From contig NIVC01000166.1 of NCBI GenBank assembly GCA_002269645.1, positions 1 to 64,000 of the forward strand: a stretch of 64,000 bases of DNA, written 5' to 3'. Below are positions 1 to 10,087 of the stretch, piece by piece (the stretch's first letter is position 1; each line of letters begins with the position of its first letter). The notes beneath the pieces are model-generated. The model was not told the origin of the DNA, ran no database searches, and was given only the letters and a program-made list of their open reading frames with translations. Made by a program: the position numbers and the translations under genes. The stretch is from Macrostomum lignano (Eukaryota).

Positions 1-253
1 GCTATGGAGATACAGAAAGATTGTAGAAGAAAGATTGTATTTCCATAGTGTTTTTAGGCGTTGTGAAATTTAGTAGGGCTTGTGAAATTTAGGGCGTTGT
101 GATCATTTAGGGCTTGTGAAATTATCGTTTAATGCAGTCTGGATGCAAGTTTTGTTTTCGACGTTGTGAAATGTAGAGCTTTTGTGAAATTTAGGGCTTG
201 TGAAAGTTTGTGTCTTGCGACGTTGTGAAATTTAGGGTTTGTGAAAGCGACCC
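1..253. mobile_element. Right arm of a Mutator-like foldback element (truncated by the window edge)
   Basis: Tandem TTGTGAAATTTAGGGC subrepeats ending GTGAAAGCGACCC at 253. Positions ~200-253 are nearly the reverse complement of the left end of the element at 43756-44590. Confidence 0.8.
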
Positions 254-346
254 TCGTTCATGCAGGCTGAAAATCGAAGAAGTCTGGCAGTGCGAGCTGA
301 ACCAAAAAGCCCTTTTTGCTACTTTGATAGGGTTTTTACAGCGTAC

Positions 347-765
347 TGTAACGGTTTGGAAATTCTGTAATTCAAATCTAGTTTATTTACATGGTGTATT
401 TTAACTTTATTCAAATCCTTAGCTGTTTAGATTACGTGCGTAATTATTCTAGGGTTTAATATTACGTATTTTGTTAATTTGGTTTCCGTTTCCAAGAAAT
501 GCGACTCATAATTTTAACATGTAAGTTCTAGTCTTTTTCTGTAAGCGTGTGGCAGCCTGGGACGTAGATCAACCTAGCATGTACGTGAGATACAATAATT
601 ATAATCAGAGCCGATCACCAGTGTACGCATTCATACTAAGACAGTAAGATTTCTTATGCTCCGAGTATAGTAAATCGTCCAGGACTGACAGACGTATCTG
701 CTGAACCATATACGTTGCTAATACTCTCTCTTCGCTAGTAATATTAAATATACGGACTCGTTACA
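347..765 (+). repeat. 5' LTR (419 bp)
   Basis: TGTAACGG...CGTTACA; matches 8262-8448 plus 9556-9792 apart from a few small indels. Confidence 0.95.
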
Positions 766-771
766 TCAATT

Positions 772-784
772 TGGAGGTCCCACC
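772..784 (+). promoter_or_regulatory. Primer-binding site, complementary to the tRNA-Gln 3' end
   Basis: TGGAGGTCCCACC lies 6 nt after the LTR and is the reverse complement of GGTGGGACCTCCA, the 3' end of metazoan tRNA-Gln as I recall it. Confidence 0.8.
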
Positions 785-1395
785 ACTGAACTCTTCATAT
801 CAGTCATCATCATCAGGAGTCCGTCAGCATTCAGGCTCCCATCCTCATCAGGCACTGCGACACGAGAATTTTGGCCGGGTACACAATAGCCATCTGCAAC
901 CGCAACCAGGTCCTACACTACAGTATTGCGGCGAGGCTGAGGCAGCACAATTTCGTTTCAACTTGTCTAAAACCGCGTGAGTCAGCTCTACATCTAGACC
1001 CAAGGCCAAGCGAAAACAGTCAATACGCTCGTAGCTACGGCGCGTCAAAACCCCAGCCGGTCAACTCAGCGTAAACAACACTCAACTGTTCTGAGGTCCG
1101 TATAAGCTGCCGACTGAACCGCGAGACCACCACCCCAGCGGCAGCCACCCCTAAAGGCCACAGCCAATCCGGTCCAAGCGGCAGTACGGCAGGACGGCAG
1201 TCTGTACATTGTACTCCACGGCCAATAACCTCCAAGAGTTTCATCACAGTTGTGAGTGTGGTTGCTTCATTTTGGGCTGTTTAGCTGAGCTTACCTGGCT
1301 GTTCAAAGGTGTGTACGCGTGTAGGTTTTTTTTTCCTTTCCTCTCTGTAATCTTAGTCTTCACTTTGCACTGGCACACCTCTTTTTTCTCTCAAT

Positions 1396-3273
1396 ATGTC
1401 TGTAGAGCAATCAGCCACTGGAACTCAAGGCGCACCTCTGGTGGGTGAACCCATAAAGCTGCCTGAGACTGAGAAGGCTCAAAATGAAGCCGAGTTAAAC
1501 CAAATTGCTACTGAGAGTAGCGTGGGTGCTATTTTAGGAAGTCTTGACAGAACGCTGGGCAACTTGGATGCTAAGCTTGACTATGCGAGAGTGCCTGAGG
1601 CAAAGCTGAAAGCCCCACCTTGCTACCACCCTAAAATCAGATTTGAGCTCTGGGAGACACAACTCCGGGCCTATTTAAGCGTTAACAGAGTTCAGCGGGA
1701 GCACTGTGGCGGTGTTCTTTTCTCTCTACTATCGCCAGAAGTCCAAGAGTTTTACTACAATAGCAAACTACAGGATCTAGCGTTTCCAGCAGCATTAGAA
1801 GCTCTCCGCGAGCGGTACACGGACTCTAGCAGTGCCGATAAATTTTACATTGAGCTGACAGTTGCCCACCAAGCTGATGGCGAAGGAATTCAAGAATTCT
1901 GTGACCGTCTTGTAGCCCTAGCCACCGCAGCTAAAATTTCTGCTCCACACAGCGATCCATTGGTTCGGTCACGTTTTTGTTATGGAGTTCTAGACAAAAA
2001 TCTAGCTGAGAAACTAATTACAATGACCCAGGAGTCACCCAAAGCAACCCTTCAAGACCTCCTGAAGAAAGCCAAAAGTTTTCTAGACATTCAGAAGCTG
2101 CTGAAACCGACTGAGACAAGCAAGATCCGGCAGTTAGAAGTAGACGAGATAAGCCGACTCAAAAACAGGATCCAAGAACTTGAGACAGAAGCCAAGCAGA
2201 GGGGCAAGTTCGAACACGAATTTAATAGCCAGCCTACTGGGGGATTTAGACCACAGGCTTTGCACACTGCCACTGATAAACCACCGAGGTACAATGCGCC
2301 TATCACGGGCAGGCACGCAGGCAAGCGGCACTGCTTCAGGTGCGGTTCAGCTGATCACCTGGTAGCAGAGTGCCCTGGCTCAGGTGCACCTGAAAACGGT
2401 AAATTTTCATGGCGCCACCCGAGGCAGCCCACACAGAAAGGCTCAGCTAAAGTGGAAAAAGAGCTGGGTAGAATTTCCTACTGGTCAAATGCCTACGGAT
2501 TCATCCAGTCTCTGCCTCTGGGAGATTCTGTTTTCGTACACTTCTCGCAGCTCAGCAGCGAGTTAAAGGATCTTGTCCCCGCCCATCAGATTGTCGGAGC
2601 GCCCGTAGAGTTTATCCGGCTAGCCGACAAGGGCAAGAAAAACGACCGTGCTGTTGATGTTGTGTGTAGTAACCAGGATGTCCGGTGCAGCCAAACCGTG
2701 TCTAGGGCAGAATCCTCCAGCTCCGGGTACTACCTGCAGGCCACTGTGGGAGACATTAAGCTGATTGGGTGTCTAGATAGTGGTTCAAATGCGTCCATCA
2801 TCAGCCCAGAAATTCGGGACAAACTGTTAGCAGCCGATCCTATCAATAATCGCTTCACGGCCGCAACTACAGTGCAGTCAGCTTCGGGATTCAATGGTGC
2901 CTCCAGCCGAATCCTTGGCAAGTTAGTTTGCGAGGTTCAAGTAGCGAATGAGACAAAGCCGCACGTTTTCCTAGTCATAGAACACTCGATCTCCGACACT
3001 CTCTTTGGGATCGACTTCATGCGGAATTTCCAGATTAATTTATTGGTGGCAGAGGGTCGAGCGACGGCTGGAGGTGAGCTTATTCCTGTCATCGAAGGGG
3101 ACAGTAGCATCTTCCAAGTCAAGAGAGTGCTGGCGGCTTGCAATGTCGAACTCCCGCCCAGGTCGGAGACTCTAATCCCTGGGAGGGTGATAGACAGTCA
3201 GCCTAACACCTGCGGCTCCGTGGGTGGCAAGATTTTTGCGAACGACTCGAGCCTCTTAATAGCACACTCGTAG
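1396..3273 (+). CDS. Gag (capsid-like, CCHC knuckle) + cold-shock domain + aspartic protease
   Basis: 625-aa ORF with CFRCGSADHLVAEC (2332-2373), CSD motifs YGFI and VFVHFSQL (~2461-2664) and LDSG protease motif (2773-2784). Confidence 0.9.
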   Translation: MSVEQSATGTQGAPLVGEPIKLPETEKAQNEAELNQIATESSVGAILGSLDRTLGNLDAKLDYARVPEAKLKAPPCYHPKIRFELWETQLRAYLSVNRVQREHCGGVLFSLLSPEVQEFYYNSKLQDLAFPAALEALRERYTDSSSADKFYIELTVAHQADGEGIQEFCDRLVALATAAKISAPHSDPLVRSRFCYGVLDKNLAEKLITMTQESPKATLQDLLKKAKSFLDIQKLLKPTETSKIRQLEVDEISRLKNRIQELETEAKQRGKFEHEFNSQPTGGFRPQALHTATDKPPRYNAPITGRHAGKRHCFRCGSADHLVAECPGSGAPENGKFSWRHPRQPTQKGSAKVEKELGRISYWSNAYGFIQSLPLGDSVFVHFSQLSSELKDLVPAHQIVGAPVEFIRLADKGKKNDRAVDVVCSNQDVRCSQTVSRAESSSSGYYLQATVGDIKLIGCLDSGSNASIISPEIRDKLLAADPINNRFTAATTVQSASGFNGASSRILGKLVCEVQVANETKPHVFLVIEHSISDTLFGIDFMRNFQINLLVAEGRATAGGELIPVIEGDSSIFQVKRVLAACNVELPPRSETLIPGRVIDSQPNTCGSVGGKIFANDSSLLIAHS

Positions 3274-3299
3274 ACCAAGTAAACAGTTCCAATCACATC

Positions 3300-6200
3300 T
3301 TGCTGCGGGTCTTAAACACCAGTGAAGAACCAGTATCACTCAGAAGAGAAGATGAAATGGATCCTTCCAGCAGTTGGGGCCAAACGAGACAATCAGTAAA
3401 ACTTCAATTTCTGAAAAAGACTTTAAAATCGAAAACACTGATCAGCTCCTTAGAAAACTCAATCAGCTGCCTAGTCCAGATGAAGGTACAGCGAAGTGGC
3501 TATCAAACCAGTTTCGCCTAACGGATCCAAACTCAGCGAGGAACAGTTGGGAACTACACTGAAAATGCTTAACTATTTCTTAAGTCAAATCTCTCGTAGT
3601 GAGCACGATATCTCGAGAACCCAATTGCATGAACTAGCTATCGAACTGAAAGACCCTAGCTGTAGGCCGATCACGCAGCCATCACGCCGCACCACCCCGG
3701 CTCAAAAAGATTTCCTTGACAAATATATAGAACAGCTAGTGGAGCAGGGCATAGTAGAAGAGTGTGATTCCGAGTGGGCCTCACCAATTGTCTTAGTCAA
3801 AAAGAAGGACCAGTCTTACAGAATGTGTGTTGACTACAGAGCGGTCAACAAGCTAATAAAGCCGTGTAGCTTTCCGCTCCCATTAATGGATGAAACGTTT
3901 GATAGCCTTGCCGACTCTACCATCTTTTCAACACTAGATTTAACAAGTGCATACTGGCAGGTAGGAATTAGAGAGCAAGACCGAGACATTACGGCTTTTT
4001 CTTGCCCCAGGGCACATTCCGTTGGCGAGTTGTGCCATACGGTATCAAAACGGCACCATCTAACTTTGCTAAGCTGATGCACCGTGTGCTCAAACCCTTG
4101 CTGATGAGAGTTAGCCTCGTCTATCTTGACGACGTCATTATCAAAGCTCGAACTAGTAGCGAAATGATAACAAACCTAGCGCTGGTGTTTTGGCAACTAC
4201 AAAAGGCAAACCTAAAAATTAAGCCAGCAAAATGCGAGCTTTTCAGGGAAAAACTAAAGTTTTTAGGATTTGTAGTATCGGCGGATGGAATCGAGACGGA
4301 CCCCAGCAAAACAGAGGCCGTCCAGAGTTGGTGTAGGCCAAAGACAGGGAAACAACTCTTGTCATTCTTAAATTTTGCCAACTATTACCGTAAATTTGTG
4401 CCAAAATTCTCGATCATAGCAGCTCCACTGTACGCTATCGCTAACTCCGATAGGTTTCACTGGGAAGAAAAGCACGAAGAAGCTTTCAAACAGTTAAAGG
4501 ACAGTCTCTGCAATCCTCCAACCCTGGCGTACCCGGATATGCGTCCAGAAGCCGGCCCCTTCGTGCTAGACTGTGACAGCTCTGGCCTGGGGGTGGGAGG
4601 AGTCCTGTCCCAGGTTGGCAAAGCTGGTAAAGAGCATGTGATAGCATTCGCTTCGAAGAAGTTCAACAATGCACAAAGAAATTATTGTGCAACAATGCGC
4701 GAGCTGCTCGGTTTGATTATCATGCTAGAGCAGTTCCGCACTTACCTCTTAGACAGGCCTTTCGTCGTCCGAACTGACGCCGTGGCGCTTAAATGGCTTC
4801 ATTCCAAAAAACACGCTACGGGAATGCTAGCCCAGTGGCTTGTGATCCTAGAGCCTTACAACTTTAGCGTTGAGCAGACGCCGCTGGAACGCTTGGCAGA
4901 CTTTGACTTCTCCGTGGAACATAGGCCTGGGGAGAGCCACATTAATGCCGACATTCTCAGTCGCAATCCCAAATTCCGTCCGGACCATTTCGACTGCCCA
5001 TCTTGCTCTCGTATTCCAGAGTTTCAGGCCAGGTTCGGATGCCAAAGTAGCGCCGTTAGAGCCGTTAAAATAGGCTGTGCTAAATTAGAAAAGCACGAGG
5101 CTTCGACTCAAACCGAAGGTACACACTTTTTAGATCAACCAACCATGTGTGAACCCACTAGGAATGATGACCACGGCAATGAGAGCCGGCTTGATAGTTG
5201 TCACTCAGTTAGCCAAGCGATCCAGACTGATCCATCAGGCACAAACCAGAAAGAAACCTCTGAAGATAGCCAAATTCAAGTGACAAAACCTAAGGTTCAG
5301 GTGGCTAAAATTGCAACTAATTCTAACAATGACCAAAGTGCGAAGAGTGACAGAACGAGCGGTAGTCATTCCTTCCACATTCGAACCAGCCTAGCGAATC
5401 AAGCCGCTGATGATGCAAGCGAATTAAGCCTACCACAGAGTGAGGCTGATGAGAGAGTAGATGTGGATTGGGTGACGCTGGCACAAGAGTCAAACGTAGA
5501 TCTGCTGAGAATCAAGCAATCCGTAGCTGGCTCCGAACCGAAACTTAGCAAACAGGATATTCAAGATTGCAGTCGAGAAATTAAAACTCTCTGGGCTCTG
5601 TATAACGAACTGTCAGTTGAAAATGGCTTGCTCTACCGCACAAAGCCAGCGACGAAGGGCAAACCGAGTGTTAAGCAGTTGATAATTCCCTCGTCTGCAA
5701 ATTTAGATGAACTAGTAATCAAGTACCATAGAGCGTGCAACCATTCAGGAGCCAATAAAACCACGGCGGCATTGAAGGCACGTTTCTTGATCTTTGATCT
5801 GGAAACTTACGTAAGAGGTATCGTTGCCGAATGCGAAACTTGCGCCAGAGTTAAGAAAGGTACAAAGAAGATTAGAGCCCCCCTGCAGCCTACCTTGGCA
5901 GCGTATCCCAATCAGGTGGTACACGTTGACCATTGTGGACCTTTTCCTGAATCTAATGGTATGCGGTATCTTCTGGTGCTGATTGATCGTTTCACCAGCT
6001 TCGTCGAGATTGTCCCGGTGCCTGACGTCTCAGCAGGAACTACGGCGCTAGCCATCCTCACTGAATGGGTGGTAAGGTATGGGACGATGGAACAGATTGT
6101 CTCAGATAACGGCACTGCATTCATTAACGCTACGGTTGCCGAGTTGACTCGAATACTCGAAATCGACATGGTTAGAATCACAGCGAGAAGACCACAGGCC

Positions 6201-7856
6201 AATGGCAAGGCCGAACGAGCTATCCAAACGATCAAAACCAAAGTTCGGGCAGTGTGTGCTGATCGTAGAATAGGGTGGCCTTTGGCTGCTAAGCTTGTGA
6301 GGTTGTCGATCCGGACGACCGAATCCGAGTCTACCGGCTTCACGCCAGCAAAGTTGTTCTTCGGGAGAGAACTCGACATCCCCTTGGACCTCCAGTACAA
6401 CCCACCACCAAGAGAATACTATGATCCGGAATCTTACGCACACACCCTGCACAAAGCCCTGGTCGAAACATCGGCTACGGCTCGCGCTTTGCGGGGAAAG
6501 GCCCAGAGAAGACAAAAGCGCTACTATGACAGAGCCGTTTTTAAACCTAACTTTGAAGTAGGTGAGCTGGTCTGGGTTCGAAACCCGGATCACAGAGGCC
6601 TTGACCCAGCAGTTTGGTTGGGACCATACCGCGTAGTTCAGCAAATATCCGAGCGCAACTATCGGCTCCTGCCCGAATTTATTAGAGAAAATCCATTCAT
6701 TCGAACTCCTAACCCGAGCCACAACATTTATAATGTAGACAGAATCAAAAAATGCATACGCAAGCCGAACTATCAAGACACCATTGACCGTTTCGGTCTA
6801 AAAATAACTGCACGGTTGCCGGAATCTCGTGTGGGAAATTGTGACGAGGACTCGCCAGCCTCGGATTCCAGCTCGGACTCCGACATGGAAGAGCGTGGAT
6901 TACCTTACTTCCCAGTTGCAGGGCTGGGATCGAACCAGGTGCAGTCCAGTGAGAACCAGGTGCAGTCCAGTGAGAACCAGGTGCAGTCCAGTGAGAACCA
7001 GATGCAGTCCAGTGAGAACCAGGTGCAGTCCAGTAAGAACCTGGTGCAGCCTGGTGAGAACCAGGTGCAGTCCAGTGAGAACCAGGTGCAGTCCAGTGAG
7101 AACCAGGTGCAGTCCAGTGAGAACCAGGTGCAGTCCAGTAAGAACCTGGTGCAGCCTGGTGAGAACCAGGTGCAGTCCGGCGAGAACCAGGTGCAGTCCA
7201 GTGAGAAACGGTTGCAGCCCGGTGAGACTCCGGTGTGTACAGGTGGAACCCAAGGACAACCGGTTGAGGACCTTGGTCAGCCAGTTTTGGACCTGTTGCA
7301 ACCCAGAACAGAGTCTGGAGATTTTGTGCAGGAGCCAGATTTTTTAAGTGAAAAACACACTCAACACCGTGTGCCTGAAGTAGGTGGTAATAGTAGCACG
7401 AATCGACTCGAACAAGTCGAGGATGGCCAGGTTCCTTCAATCGGTGCGGAGGTAGAGATAGTGGGAGATAGAGCGCGTGAGTTGCCTGGAACCGCCAGCC
7501 AAGGACAGAGGACGGAGCCAGCTGGCCAGCGTGAAACAGTGGAACCAGACCCATCGTTATCAGACAGAGTCAGTACTCGGGGTAGCATTTACACCACTCG
7601 AAGTGGCAGGGCGGTTCGGCCGCCAACCAGATTTTGCAGGTGCTTGCCGGGTTTTGCCACCGCTCCAATTCCAACAGTCTTTGATTTCCTTCTCTTTCCC
7701 TCCATTCGTTGTGTTGTCTCGCTTTGTTCTCTTCTTCCTTTTCTGTTCTTTGTTTTCCGTGCCAGTGCCAAGTTAGCCCTGAGTCTGCCGGTTGCGTTGC
7801 CGCCGGTGGGTTGTGTGTGTGTGGGGCGGCGTCCCGTCCGTGTGTTGGCTGGGTGA
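3300..7856 (+). pseudogene. Pol (RT, RNase H, integrase), split by about four frame breaks in this sequence
   Basis: WASPIVLVKKKD, RMCVDYR, YLDD (4122-4133), RNase H DCDSS...NYCATMRELL, integrase HHCC plus D-D-E (VHVDHCGP, SDNGTAF, NGKAER) and GPY motif. Frame changes near 3270, 3360, 3520 and 4005. Confidence 0.92.
6932..7225 (+). repeat. In-frame 21-bp tandem repeat, 14 units, encoding (NQVQSSE)n in the integrase C-terminal extension
   Basis: Unit GAACCAGGTGCAGTCCAGTGA, with variant units NLVQPGE. Confidence 0.95.
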
Positions 7857-8247
7857 GCTCTGCTGCGCAGTTCGAATTGAAGTTCGTGCATTCCGATCCG
7901 TGGTGACGTTATTTTCGGTTCTGTGATTTGCTTTTGTCACTTAGCTCTCGGTTTCAGTTGTAATTATTAATTGTTATTTTACGTCCTTGCTTATAAAAGT
8001 CTCAGTGATGCAATATTTTAATCCGTGCTAGTTACAGAATGTTACTTAAGGTCTTTTAAATCCCATGCAATATGCTCAATGACTTCTCAACATTCGTATA
8101 CTTTCGGTGACGTCTACTTTGAATATTTCGTTCACTCCGTTCGTGTTCCCATTTTTGTGTCATTCAATTTCTGTTCGATGTGTTCGGTTAATAACGCTAA
8201 TCATGTTAATAATATTTCATGTAGTTTACTGCCAATAGGCTCGTTTT

Positions 8248-8261
8248 GGAAGGGAGGCGAG
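8248..8261 (+). promoter_or_regulatory. Polypurine tract
   Basis: GGAAGGGAGGCGAG directly abuts the TG of the 3' LTR. Confidence 0.85.
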
Positions 8262-9792
8262 TGTAACGGTTTGGAAATTCTGTAATTCAAATCTAGTTTA
8301 TTTACATGGTGTATTTTAACTTTATTCAAATCCTTAGCTGTTTAGATTACGTGCGTAATTTATTCTAGGGTTTAATATTACGTATTTTGTTAATTTGGTT
8401 TCCGTTTCCAAGAAATGCGACTCATAATTTTAACATGTAAGTTCTAGTTGAGGTGGGGCGGAGAAAGATTTAAAAACAAAAAATTTTTGTTTTGTAAGTT
8501 GGTAGTTTTGAAAAGTTGGGTTTCCTCGAAACCGAACGGCGTTGAGTTCGCACGAATTGAATCCGGAAAATCCGTGTGGACGAATCCCAATAGAAATGTC
8601 TCGTAGATACTCCGACTGCCGGGGTCCTCAATCCCGGGGGGAGGGTAGTTTAGTCGTAGTCGAGCGGTCTTCGTTGGCGCGAGCGTTCAGAACGGGTCCT
8701 CAGACACCGAATTTATCGTATCTCGTATGTTTGACTTAACTGGTTACTAACAGTAGAGTAGCGCTGCCACCACCGTAATTCGCGTATTACGGAACGTTGG
8801 AGTCTCAGAACTTGCTTCGAGATGAGACTAGGTTGTTTTACGCCCCACGGGCAAATGACTCAAAATAAGCTAGGCTTCAGGCTATTAATGAAAATTAACG
8901 TAAAATCGACTGTTTTATTAGTTCGTAAAAGTTCAGGTAGTAAAAGTATAAGGGACCGAACCCTACTCCGGCGGATGATTTGCCGGTGCCGCGGTGCACG
9001 ACTGAATAAAACGGCTTACGCTAGTTGTAGTTAGATTGGGCGAATTAAATATTAGTTGTTAAATTGAATAGGGAGAGAGAGCGAGGGTGGGCACAAAACT
9101 TAAAGAAGAACCTAAACCAAACTAAAAACCAAACTAAACCTAACAAAAAAACACACAATAAAAAATTGGGCAGCACCAGGGGCACTTATTAAATAGAGAT
9201 TGAAAACGCAAGGGATGGACAAATGGGGTCAAACATTGGTGGCAAAAGGTGGTCACGGGGTCCAAGCATCGAACAAACAAAAATAACACGGAGAGATAGG
9301 GAGTTAAACAAAATTTCCAAAAGAGGGACGCGGAGGACCAGAAAAAGGAGTGGGAAAACCATTGCAAGAACGGGGAGACTGACGAAATAAGCCAACGACT
9401 GGGGGCACAGGGTGGACACAGAGGACCAAAAACTGGGGACAGTGGGGATGGCTCAGAAGGTGGTTTAATAAGTCACGTAACATAAATTTAGAAATTGAAA
9501 TTAAAATAATAAAGTTCACTAAATTGTTAGTGGCAGCCCCCAACTGCCACATAGTCTTTTCTGTAAGCGTGTGGCAGCCTGGGACGTAGATCAACCTAGC
9601 ATGTACGTGAGATACAATAATTATAATCAGAGCCGATCACCAGTGTACGCATTCATACTAAGACAGTAAGATTTCTTATGCTCCGAGTATAGTAAATCGT
9701 CCAGGACTGACAGACGTATCTGCTGAACCATTGATATACGTTGCTAATACTCTCTCTTCGCTAGTAATATTAAATATACCGGACTCGTTACA
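8262..9792 (+). repeat. 3' LTR, interrupted by a 1.1-kb insertion
   Basis: Same sequence as the 5' LTR on both sides of 8449-9555. Confidence 0.95.
8449..9551. mobile_element. Solo LTR of a second LTR-retrotransposon family
   Basis: TGAGG...CCACA termini, 4-bp TSD TAGT (8445-8448, 9552-9555), absent from the 5' LTR, no credible ORF. Confidence 0.8.
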
Positions 9793-10087
9793 GTACGTCG
9801 TGCATAAATTGTATAAGAATCTCTAAATTTTGGTTAATAAAGCTCCTTCCAAAAATCAATGAAGAATGAAACAATTTTGCTATCAAGAAGTCAATTGTGA
9901 AATGCTCATATCGATCCGTAGCGTCTTCTGTAATTTATACAAGCCCCCCCCCCCCAGTTGTGCAAGTATAGTCACAACCAGAAGTATATATAGACGTAGA
10001 GAAATTTCTATGCTCTTACGCAAAAATTTGATTTTTTGGCTGGTTATAAAGGTGCCGCTGCCTGTAACTTCAGCTGATGTGAATGAG

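Larger units (their letters stand above)
347..9792 (+). mobile_element. Full-length Ty3/Gypsy LTR retrotransposon
   Basis: TG...CA LTRs at 347-765 and 8262-9792; 4-bp TSD GTAC (343-346, 9793-9796); PBS at 772; PPT at 8248-8261; domain order gag-PR-RT-RH-IN. Confidence 0.97.

Noticed and set aside
771-1448. Short overlapping ORFs in the Gypsy leader
   Set aside because: They have no motifs and are expected by chance in a leader of this composition.
3100-3360. LPPRSE...VLN.S..PV.L segment after the protease as a novel domain
   Set aside because: I recognise it as a common dUTPase-like relic in many invertebrate Gypsy elements, so it is not unusual.
7630-7856. Hydrophobic end of pol as an env-like transmembrane segment
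   Set aside because: It follows the usual terminal TRSGR motif and derives from TC/GT-rich 3' UTR-like sequence. No env ORF or signal peptide is present.
8449-9551. Helitron interpretation of the LTR insert (terminal hairpin, nearby CTAG)
   Set aside because: It lacks TC...CTRR ends at an A/T junction. TG..CA ends with a 4-bp TSD fit a solo LTR better.
9731-9734. 4-bp indel between the LTRs as a transposon excision footprint
   Set aside because: Too short to tell apart from replication slippage or consensus error.
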